Origin: a virus
Virus record (IMG/VR): IMGVR_UViG_3300043419_002586
Reading direction: 5' to 3' (one strand)
DNA length: 64,000 nt
Every line of letters begins with the position of its first letter. Positions within the stretch are counted from its first letter, which is position 1. The position numbers and the translations under genes are program-made. Of this stretch, positions 50,074 through 58,516 are shown in pieces. The notes beneath the pieces are model-generated. The model saw only the letters and a program-made list of their open reading frames with translations. It was not told the DNA's origin and searched no databases.

Positions 50074-52788
50074 ATGTGGTACTCAAGAATTATCGAATCA
50101 GCAACTGCCTGGGATGTCCTTTCAACTAAAGAAGTTGTTTGGAGTGGCTCTTTTTCTAGAACATTTAAAGATTTTTCATTTTATAGCTCAACTAATATGC
50201 CTACTATGACTGCTATGCTAAAGTTCTTAGCTGAAATAGAAAAAGGTAAAAATAACGATTCTATACTAGATAAATATTTTGAAAAAGCTAAAAGTGATTA
50301 TGTTTCAATGGGGGACATAATGAATTTTGCTAGCGGATTATCAAAATTTATTGATAATGAAATGAAAAAGCAAGGTAGTTCTGCCAATACAGATATGATG
50401 AAAGTGCTTGATTTTTTGGGTAAATTAAATAGTTTCGCAAAATCTCAAGGTCAAAAAGGCAATAAATTAGGAGACGAAATTCCTGATGCCGAAAAAGCAA
50501 AAGCATATGTCAATTCTACTTTAGGTATTGGATTTACGACACTCAATTTATTAGTTAGAAAAGGCACCGAAATAAGTGATTCTCTAGCTCTTTTTATGAT
50601 GCGTGGTGATGACAAAGCATTATTGGGAATACCTGATTCTGAACAAAGAGATATATTGATAGATCAATTAAAACAAAAGAAACCTGAACTGGAAAAGTTT
50701 GAAAGCTACGAAGCTGCTATAGAAACAATTTGGAGTGGTGAAATAAAGAATTATCTGCCCCTATTGAAAAGTTTTCTTTTTTCAGGAATTGATCCACCTC
50801 AAATTTTACATATGATCATTCAAATATTAAATCAATCTGATGTGGAACAAAAAGACGTTGTTAACATGGTTATGGGATTACCTACAGATTCTTTAGTTGA
50901 CACACTTACTAATTTAGAACAATATTCCCAATATGATGAATTTACTTCTCCTTTAGCTAAAAGATTATATAACGCAATTGGTGAATATGAACTTGGCTCA
51001 AATCCTGTGCTTGTTGGAAAACTTAAAAGAAGCAAAACATTTACTGATTATGTAGATTCATTGGGTGATAATTGTCAACCTATGTACATCATAAAAGGAA
51101 TTGCAAAGCCTGAAGTGATCATCAGGTATTTGGAAAAAAATCCAGAAGATTTTGAAAAATTTGATACCAATCTCTTAAGTAGTTTAGGCGATGATGTTAA
51201 AAAACAAATTATTGCTCGTGGAAATGCAGCAAAAGCAAGAATACAATCTGATGGTTTAGCTTTGTTAGAAAAAGCTGCACAAAAAGGTGTAATTACAATC
51301 ACTAAAGCATCAGATGCTTCTTTCAATTATGCATATGGAAAAGGTGCTAAAAATCAACCTGTTCAAGAAGGTATGTCTGAAAGTGAATTAAGACAAAAAG
51401 GCAAATCAGACGAAATTTTTGGAAAGCTTTACCAATCTTATGAAGATCGTATGAAACAAGAGGCTCCTTTTTCTGGTGTCAGTGAAGGAGATATCGAAAA
51501 ATATGCTGATTCAATGGTTATTATAGAGTTTAGTACATACAGCTTACAAAGTTTCTTAAAAGAAAACAATGCACCAAAAATGAAAATTGGTCCTGTAGAT
51601 ATGCTTGATGAAAAATGGGGCGGATTATTTGTACCTAGATTTCCAACAAAAGATAGAGGTCCTGTACCAGCTATCTTGATCAAAACAGATATTTGGAATC
51701 AACTTGCATATCATCAAGCATTAGCACAAAATATTGGTATGAGTGATCAACATTATGTTGAAGCTACTAGAAGACACGAAGTTGCTCACGCATTACAATA
51801 TTTGCAATCTGGTGATTTGACAATGCAAGACTCAATTGCACTAAATCCTGAATTGACACCAGAAGAAGCATATATTTCAAACCCATCAGAGCTATATGCA
51901 AGAATTCACGGAGACATTCCTTATCTATCTAAAATATTTGATGCTCATATTGGCAACTTAATGTCTGACAGAAAAATCTATGAAGCTGCAAAAGAACAAT
52001 GGATTTTAGATATTCAAGATGAAATGGTTCACTTAATGTCAGGTGGAACTAATGCTACAAGATTGCTTGCAGATATGGAAGCTGGAAGATTTGGAACTTT
52101 CACTACTGATTCTGGTCAAACTATAAAATTATCAGACCCACTTGAAGCAATTAATAAAAAATTACAGCGTCAAAGAAACAAACTTGAGATGATTTTTCAC
52201 GAAACATTTCAAATTCAAGGCAGAAAAGATTTTAGAAGAGGCTTGATTGCAAAGAAAAATCAATTAGCCCAACAAATACAATCTACCCCTATTTATTCTT
52301 CAGAAAGAACACATCTTGAAGAAGAACTAAAAGATGTAGAAACCCAATTAGTAGAATCTGGAAAAATGTTAATCTTTGATGTAAAAGATGTATCTGAAGC
52401 TGTAGTTGAAGGGTATATGTCTGATTATTATTCAAAAATTGCTGAGGCTGTAGCTAATGGTTTACTTACTACTGATATTGTAAATCCAGAAGGCGCAGAC
52501 AGAAGATTAGAAAATGAGCAATTAAAAGAAGAGGCCAAAAAGCAAGATCCTCCAACAGCTCAAGACATCAGACAACATTCTAGATTCCAAATTCAACAAA
52601 CAGAACCAATTCCAAGTGGTAGAAAAATTGATGTTATTATTCCTAGATTTAAAGGACCAGGAAGACCATCAGGCAATTTTCCAGGATTTGATGATTCTGA
52701 ACAAGATGACCAACAAGTTGATCTTACAGTTGAGAGAGATGAAGATAAAACTGCTAAAGTTTATAATTTTAGAAAAAGTTTAGGTTAA
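50074..52788 (+). CDS. MWY-leader protein with zincin metallopeptidase motif
   Basis: Starts MWYSRIIESA; 'RHEVAHALQ' (HExxH) and a downstream 'NPSELYAR'. Confidence 0.6.
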   Translation: MWYSRIIESATAWDVLSTKEVVWSGSFSRTFKDFSFYSSTNMPTMTAMLKFLAEIEKGKNNDSILDKYFEKAKSDYVSMGDIMNFASGLSKFIDNEMKKQGSSANTDMMKVLDFLGKLNSFAKSQGQKGNKLGDEIPDAEKAKAYVNSTLGIGFTTLNLLVRKGTEISDSLALFMMRGDDKALLGIPDSEQRDILIDQLKQKKPELEKFESYEAAIETIWSGEIKNYLPLLKSFLFSGIDPPQILHMIIQILNQSDVEQKDVVNMVMGLPTDSLVDTLTNLEQYSQYDEFTSPLAKRLYNAIGEYELGSNPVLVGKLKRSKTFTDYVDSLGDNCQPMYIIKGIAKPEVIIRYLEKNPEDFEKFDTNLLSSLGDDVKKQIIARGNAAKARIQSDGLALLEKAAQKGVITITKASDASFNYAYGKGAKNQPVQEGMSESELRQKGKSDEIFGKLYQSYEDRMKQEAPFSGVSEGDIEKYADSMVIIEFSTYSLQSFLKENNAPKMKIGPVDMLDEKWGGLFVPRFPTKDRGPVPAILIKTDIWNQLAYHQALAQNIGMSDQHYVEATRRHEVAHALQYLQSGDLTMQDSIALNPELTPEEAYISNPSELYARIHGDIPYLSKIFDAHIGNLMSDRKIYEAAKEQWILDIQDEMVHLMSGGTNATRLLADMEAGRFGTFTTDSGQTIKLSDPLEAINKKLQRQRNKLEMIFHETFQIQGRKDFRRGLIAKKNQLAQQIQSTPIYSSERTHLEEELKDVETQLVESGKMLIFDVKDVSEAVVEGYMSDYYSKIAEAVANGLLTTDIVNPEGADRRLENEQLKEEAKKQDPPTAQDIRQHSRFQIQQTEPIPSGRKIDVIIPRFKGPGRPSGNFPGFDDSEQDDQQVDLTVERDEDKTAKVYNFRKSLG

Positions 52789-53406
52789 GTCTATATCTTT
52801 TTCTTCATCAAAAAATTCCCTGTCGTCCACACCATTCATTTGATAGTCAATGTGGGCATCAGGGAATTTTTGTCTTATTCTGCTTATTGCTTCGTCTTTG
52901 CTGTAATCTTCTAAAGGTAAATTAGTTGTGAAAACAACCTCGTGATGAATTTCTTCTGCATCTTCTTCATCACTATATAATTCTTCTAAACCAGGAATAG
53001 ATAATTGATCTGTAATTAATTTGCCTTCTTTATCAGATCCTGCTGATAATGCCTTGAGTGACAAAGGATCCATAAAGAAAAATTTCCAAACACCGCTTTC
53101 AGGAAATAATAAAATTTGTGGGTAAAGCTCAAAATGTTTTCTTGTGCCTTTATGTTTGTCAGCAATTTGTTCGACAGGATCTTTTGAACGATCAAAAATA
53201 AATTTATCATCACCTAAAACTTCGATAGGATCTTTGCCTTCTTTTCTTGCTCTAGTCAATGCAAAGTCAGAAAATGTTTCAGGGTTTTTATAAACTTGAT
53301 CAAAATCTAAATCAGAAGCGTCAATTGCCACTTTGGTGAATTTATCTGCTAGTTTAAAACAACCTAAATTATCCAAAATAGATGCTGTGCGAAGAAAGTT
53401 AAACAT
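52780..53406 (-). CDS. Hypothetical acidic protein with LDxxG leader
   Basis: 'MFNFLRTASILDNLGCFKLADKFTKVA'. Confidence 0.45.
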   Translation of the reverse strand: MFNFLRTASILDNLGCFKLADKFTKVAIDASDLDFDQVYKNPETFSDFALTRARKEGKDPIEVLGDDKFIFDRSKDPVEQIADKHKGTRKHFELYPQILLFPESGVWKFFFMDPLSLKALSAGSDKEGKLITDQLSIPGLEELYSDEEDAEEIHHEVVFTTNLPLEDYSKDEAISRIRQKFPDAHIDYQMNGVDDREFFDEEKDIDLT

Positions 53407-53408
53407 AC

Positions 53409-54092
53409 TTACTTCTTTGGCATTTTGTGAGAGGCATCCTTTTTCTCATCATCTTTGAATTGAACATAAACTTCGGATGCTTTTTTTCTGATACGAGTAA
53501 GTGCATTATCAACACATTTAGCTGGAACATTCAAAGTATATGAAATTTCTTTATATGATGAATTATGACCATACTCTACAAATATATCTGCTTCTAATGG
53601 CGTGAGTTTATCCATCAACATTTCAGAGTTTAATTCTAATTCTTCTCTGACAATAAGATCTTCTACTAAATTTACTTCTGGAGATTCATCATAAGGATTT
53701 TTCTTATCAGGAATATAATCTCCCAAGGAATGAAAATTGCCATCATCATTTAAAATAAAAGGAGCATCTAACGAAATAGAATCATTCAACGCTGAATTCT
53801 TCATTCTTTTCGCAGATGCTATAGCTGTGGCTAGATGTCTTTTACAAACTAAATTTACGCAAAAGTTCTTAAATGTTGTGTCTTTGGTACAATCGTAGGA
53901 ATTTACTGCTTTAAATACACCCAATCTCAATTCTTGCATTACATCTTCTCTGTCTCCACCGACAATGAAAAAGTGAGGTGCAATCTTCTTGAGATCTGGT
54001 TCTACCATTTTAAGCAGCTTTTTAAAGGCTGCTTCATTACCTGCTTTTGCTCTATTAACTATTCTTACTATTCTGAAATCTTCGGTTGCCAT
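53409..54092 (-). CDS. sigH: SigH-like RNA polymerase sigma factor
   Basis: 'FFIVGGDREDVMQE', 'KRHLATAIASAKRMKNSALNDSISLD', 'SYKEIS...KCVDNALTRIRKK' parallel Bacillus/Clostridium sigma-H. Confidence 0.85.
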   Translation of the reverse strand: MATEDFRIVRIVNRAKAGNEAAFKKLLKMVEPDLKKIAPHFFIVGGDREDVMQELRLGVFKAVNSYDCTKDTTFKNFCVNLVCKRHLATAIASAKRMKNSALNDSISLDAPFILNDDGNFHSLGDYIPDKKNPYDESPEVNLVEDLIVREELELNSEMLMDKLTPLEADIFVEYGHNSSYKEISYTLNVPAKCVDNALTRIRKKASEVYVQFKDDEKKDASHKMPKK

Positions 54093-54131
54093 CAAAACTC
54101 CCGAAGGCACAATTCATCACAAAACTTCTTT

Positions 54132-55193
54132 TTACGCCTTTTCCCTATTTGCGTACTTTTCTATAATTTTGAGAACACCTGTAGTTGCAACAATGTCCTC
54201 GGAAACAGTTTGCCTTATGTCTTTTGAAATGTTATACAATTGTTCTGCGATATCTATAAGCAACAAAGTATCAACAGACTTGGCTATATTTTCTATATCT
54301 TCATCTCTTTCGACCTTTTTTGTTTTAATAACAACATATCTGAAGGCTGTAATGAATATATTTGATGTTTCTGCTAATAAATTACCTAAATTTCTTCCCT
54401 CTGCGTTGGCTGATTGAATTAATCTAAATGCATTAGCAAAATCTTCGTTGATAATTGTGTAAGAAAGGTCAATTGCAAGCTGTTTTGGTGATCTATCAAG
54501 TAATTCTCTAATGTTTTCTTCAGATATATCTTTGTAAGAAGCTTGCTCAAGAATAGATAATGCAGTTCTAGCACTACCTTCAGCATCAGTAGAAATAAGA
54601 CTTAATGCTTCTTCTTCATATGTAAGATTTTCTTTCTCGCAAACATCTGAAAGCAGTTCAACTAAATTTTGTTTAGTCAATTTCTTCATCATAAATGTTT
54701 GACAACGAGTATGGATAGCACGAAGAATTTTATGTGGGTCTGTTGTGCAAAAGAAAAACTTTACATATGCTGGTGGTTCTTCAGTAAGTTTAATAAGAGA
54801 TGTCTGTGCTTGAGTGGTAAGCATTTGAGCCTCATCAAGAATAAAAATCTTGTATTTTCCTAATGTTGGAGCAAGACGAGATAATTGAACTACATTTTCT
54901 CGAATATGATCAACGCCATTATTTACAGCACAATTGATTTCATAAACATCAGGATGCTCATCATTTAAGACCATATCTTTTAAGTCATCTTGGCCATCAT
55001 TGCAAAGAAGATGAGCTGAAGCAACACGAGCAAGAGTTGTCTTACCAGTACCAGGAGGGCCAGCAAAAATATATGCGTGAGTAGTTCTGTTATTCTTAAT
55101 CTGAATTTCAAGAATTTCTGCTGATTTACTACCCTTTATATCTTTAAATGTTTTAGGGCGATATTTATTGTAATAGCTTTGACTAATCATCAT
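54132..55193 (-). CDS. dnaX: DNA polymerase III gamma/tau clamp-loader ATPase (gamma-length)
   Basis: 'KYRPKTF', 'GPPGTGKTT', 'ILDEAQML', 'EEPP', 'TRC'. Confidence 0.9.
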   Translation of the reverse strand: MMISQSYYNKYRPKTFKDIKGSKSAEILEIQIKNNRTTHAYIFAGPPGTGKTTLARVASAHLLCNDGQDDLKDMVLNDEHPDVYEINCAVNNGVDHIRENVVQLSRLAPTLGKYKIFILDEAQMLTTQAQTSLIKLTEEPPAYVKFFFCTTDPHKILRAIHTRCQTFMMKKLTKQNLVELLSDVCEKENLTYEEEALSLISTDAEGSARTALSILEQASYKDISEENIRELLDRSPKQLAIDLSYTIINEDFANAFRLIQSANAEGRNLGNLLAETSNIFITAFRYVVIKTKKVERDEDIENIAKSVDTLLLIDIAEQLYNISKDIRQTVSEDIVATTGVLKIIEKYANREKA

Positions 55194-55665
55194 CTTCCAT
55201 CGGTAATATAAGAGGTAAGGCGTGAGTACCTTCTAAAAGAGAGGGTAAACCTTCCTTCGACATCCAATAAGGACCAAATCCAGTTCTAACAAAATATTCT
55301 GTAATAAAGCCATAATCTTGAACATCGAATGTACGAATTTTACCATCTAGTGAGGGACTTATCGAATACAAGCAACGGAAAATAATCCATTCCTTTTTAG
55401 ATTGTTCTAATTCTTCCCACAAGTCAGACCACACACCAAGGCAGTAAACTTTTCCATTACCAAGAGATTGCAAAATTCCCCTAGCCCAAGATTGAGTTAA
55501 CCCCGACATAATATATGGCGGGGCATTCTTTCCTTTATATCCATCCATCTCTACAAAATGAACTAGATCTAAATTTACATATCCTAAAAATGGATAATAT
55601 TTAGAAACTAGCTTTTCTGCAATTTCTTGGCACTCAATGGATTCTATAAATTCTGGATCACTCAT
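55183..55665 (-). CDS. Phage metallopeptidase-like protein lacking HExxH
   Basis: 'WEEL..SKKEWIIFRCLYSI...DVQDY' resembles the family pattern without the metal ligands. Confidence 0.4.
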   Translation of the reverse strand: MSDPEFIESIECQEIAEKLVSKYYPFLGYVNLDLVHFVEMDGYKGKNAPPYIMSGLTQSWARGILQSLGNGKVYCLGVWSDLWEELEQSKKEWIIFRCLYSISPSLDGKIRTFDVQDYGFITEYFVRTGFGPYWMSKEGLPSLLEGTHALPLILPMEDDD

Positions 55666-55997
55666 AATGATAATTGTGTCACTGCTACAACTTGGCCATT
55701 CTCGTCACGAACTGCTGTTGGGCCTGTATCAACGCAAAAAACATCCTCACGATCAAATGGTATAAACTCCATTGTCACTCTACTAACAATGTAATACACA
55801 CCCTCTTCAGGATCAGGCAAGTTTACAATCTTTTCAAAATGCGTTTCAGCAATAGGAATATTAGCAACTTTTCCAATAATTCTTTGCTTAGTTTCAACAA
55901 AGCAAGGTTTATCTGCCTTTGATAAAGTTCCATATCCTGAAACAGTGATATCGTGTCCAATGAGGTTAACAAATTTCTTAAACTCTGAATACATCAT
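55662..55997 (-). CDS. Hypothetical phage protein
   Basis: 'NLPDPEEGVYYIVS...VRDENGQV' pattern; coupled to both neighbours. Confidence 0.5.
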   Translation of the reverse strand: MMYSEFKKFVNLIGHDITVSGYGTLSKADKPCFVETKQRIIGKVANIPIAETHFEKIVNLPDPEEGVYYIVSRVTMEFIPFDREDVFCVDTGPTAVRDENGQVVAVTQLSL

Positions 55998-56371
55998 AAT
56001 TCAATACCTGAAATTCCCTCATTACGGGCTGGCTGGTAAACAAAAGCTGATTGATCACCATTGTCTCTTAAATCATTAATAAGAACTCTTGATCCACCAC
56101 CAATGCCCATAACCAATTGATCATAAACAATTCCAGCATAAGAAAGTTGTTTAACTGTTACATCACGCAAGCTTTCTTTTCGCCCAGTAGTGAGAATGAT
56201 CTTAAAGCCCTTGCTATCCCACTCACGAATCTTGTCTACAGTTCCGTGAATAATTTTAGGTTGATATCCAGGCTTAGCAATTTCAGTAGGATCACCTTGC
56301 TCCCAAAGTGTTCCATCTAAATCACAAAAAATAGTGTAATTTTTTGTGGCTTGATCAATATTATGTTCCAT
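55994..56371 (-). CDS. Small HAD-family phosphatase
   Basis: 'DLDGT', 'LTTGR', 'LIND'. Confidence 0.75.
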   Translation of the reverse strand: MEHNIDQATKNYTIFCDLDGTLWEQGDPTEIAKPGYQPKIIHGTVDKIREWDSKGFKIILTTGRKESLRDVTVKQLSYAGIVYDQLVMGIGGGSRVLINDLRDNGDQSAFVYQPARNEGISGIEL

Positions 56372-57711
56372 TACTTATTACTGCTCCCAAATCCACCATC
56401 ATTTCTAGATGTTTCTTCAAAACTATCTACTTCTACCAAATCTACATTAACAATTTGTCTAGGAATCATTTGAGCAATTCTACAAGGTAATTCTAAATCT
56501 TTAGCATCATCATCTACTTTTATTAAAGCTACAAGAATTTCTCCCGTGTATGTCCTATCGATAATACCAACATTATTTGCTAACATATAACCAGTTTTAG
56601 AAATTGAACTTCTGGGCACTACATCTAAATACCAGCCAAACTCAGGTACTACTTTAATACCAGTAGAATACAAAGTCGTTTTTCCAAAAGATTTTACTGG
56701 CTCTAAAATTGTTAAATCGTATCCGCTGTCCGAAGCTCTTTCTTTTGAAGGCTTAATTGCATCTGGACGAGTCTTCATCCATCTGAATTCAATAGATTTA
56801 CCAGATCTTTCTCTATGTTTCAAAGAGATACAAGGCATCCAAGTAGACCAATCCACATAGTTATTTCTTTTTCTTGGAAGATAATAATTTGCATCTTCAT
56901 AAATCTTACCTAAAAAATCTAAAGCATTATTTCCTGTCCATTTCAAGCTTATGACAGAATTTGAGCAAGGAATCTTACAAAAATCTATTATACTTTGGCG
57001 AAAAGAATCAGAAGAACTAGAAACACCACAACTAGGAGAGTGTGAAGAATCAACATAAGACACGTATCCATCTCCGTCAAAATATCCTCGTAAAAATGCC
57101 CATTGTAATTTTTCATTTTCTAAAACAGGCCAAGATATTGTATGACTTTTCTTCCCTGGGTTTATTCCTAATAAATTACACAAATCATTGGTAATAGTTT
57201 TAGAATTAATTGACAAACTTTTTAAGTTTTCATCTTTGTTGGTTATCTTCAAATCTTTATCTATAATATTTCTTAAAGATTCAAGTGTTGACAAATCTTT
57301 TTCGTGTATTGCAATCGTAAAGCCTGACTTGTTTATCGTTCCATCGCTTGCAATCCAGCCAAGTAAATACGCTTTTGCTTCAGAGTCAATATGTTTAAAA
57401 AAATTATCGTCCAAGTTCATATACCTAGTATTTGGATTTGATCGACCTGTAAATTTGAGTTTTCTTGAGCAATAAAGACAAATTATCTTATTATTATTTC
57501 TTAAAAGTGTTCGTTCTAAAAATCTTCTTGATACAGTCCAATTTTTTTTACATTTCTCAGAAATTATAAAATCACAACTTACTTCAACTCTTTCTTCTCT
57601 GATAGATTTATGAGGTCTAATTGAAACAGAACAGTCTCTAGAGCAACAAATTTGAATTTTTGACTTTGGTGTAAAAAGAATTTTACAACCAGGGCACATT
57701 TTATTTTCCAT
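56371..57711 (-). CDS. dut: LAGLIDADG endonuclease fused to a C-terminal trimeric dUTPase
   Basis: N-terminal Cys motifs, 'YLLGWIASDG', 'FLRGYFDGDG'; then 'SGYDL', 'PRSS', 'GIIDRTYTGEI', 'RIAQM', 'RNDGGFGSS'. Confidence 0.85.
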   Translation of the reverse strand: MENKMCPGCKILFTPKSKIQICCSRDCSVSIRPHKSIREERVEVSCDFIISEKCKKNWTVSRRFLERTLLRNNNKIICLYCSRKLKFTGRSNPNTRYMNLDDNFFKHIDSEAKAYLLGWIASDGTINKSGFTIAIHEKDLSTLESLRNIIDKDLKITNKDENLKSLSINSKTITNDLCNLLGINPGKKSHTISWPVLENEKLQWAFLRGYFDGDGYVSYVDSSHSPSCGVSSSSDSFRQSIIDFCKIPCSNSVISLKWTGNNALDFLGKIYEDANYYLPRKRNNYVDWSTWMPCISLKHRERSGKSIEFRWMKTRPDAIKPSKERASDSGYDLTILEPVKSFGKTTLYSTGIKVVPEFGWYLDVVPRSSISKTGYMLANNVGIIDRTYTGEILVALIKVDDDAKDLELPCRIAQMIPRQIVNVDLVEVDSFEETSRNDGGFGSSNK

Positions 57712-57781
57712 AAAAACTTAATTCAATTAAATTTACAATAGTTCCTGCTTCATTTATTTTTATCGATAGTTCCATTGTTAT

Positions 57782-58153
57782 TTAGTAAATTTTTACAAAA
57801 TAAAATGATCCTATTTTTTGATTATGTTTTAGAGAAAATGGAATTTTGTTATGATTAATTAAATTAACATACAATTCTCCTTCTTCATTAACGGAAATAT
57901 TCATACAACAAACAGCATATTTATTTACAATTTCAGAATCAATCCTACATTGAATTTCGTATCCATTTGGAATATTTACATTAAGACCAGTTGGGACGAT
58001 TAAAGTTGAATGAGGTGCAATCAAAGTTTGCTCATCATAAGAATCTTTCAACCAAGCGCACAGATCATATCCTGCAGCACTTTCTGTAGCCTTCTTGGGA
58101 ACAATTGCACCCTCACGAAAAGCTTTAACTTCAACCTTTGCAACGATATCCAT
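57782..58153 (-). CDS. Degenerate dUTPase-like protein
   Basis: Keeps 'SAAGYDL' and 'IVPTG...IPNGYEIQCR' but lacks motif II Ser, motif III (GxIDxxY) and motif V. Confidence 0.65.
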   Translation of the reverse strand: MDIVAKVEVKAFREGAIVPKKATESAAGYDLCAWLKDSYDEQTLIAPHSTLIVPTGLNVNIPNGYEIQCRIDSEIVNKYAVCCMNISVNEEGELYVNLINHNKIPFSLKHNQKIGSFYFVKIY

Positions 58154-58155
58154 AA

Positions 58156-58473
58156 CTAAATACCTTCCTCATTCTTAATCATATCTGCAGTAATTTCTTC
58201 GGCTTCTGGGTTAAATATTAGAGACAAAGGATGTTCACGATTCTTAAGGGCAATGCTAAAATTAATTAGTTCACGACCTTCTAGGTAACGGTCCATCTTT
58301 GTTAATTCTTTGATATCTTCCAGTGATAATACAGCAGTATACACTCTTTCAGATTTTACATCTTGAAGTTGAAGCCAAATAAATTGAACAATTGTAGGCT
58401 CATCTTCAGTGCCTTCATCTTCCTTAAGTACTGCATCTAAAATTTTTACTTCTCTAACTACTGATTTTGCCAT
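58156..58473 (-). CDS. Hypothetical acidic protein
   Basis: 105-aa ORF with a -10 box 6 nt upstream of the ATG. Confidence 0.5.
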   Translation of the reverse strand: MAKSVVREVKILDAVLKEDEGTEDEPTIVQFIWLQLQDVKSERVYTAVLSLEDIKELTKMDRYLEGRELINFSIALKNREHPLSLIFNPEAEEITADMIKNEEGI

Positions 58474-58516
58474 ACAAGGATTTTACCCGATTTTAGAGTA
58501 AAAGTAAAGATATGTG

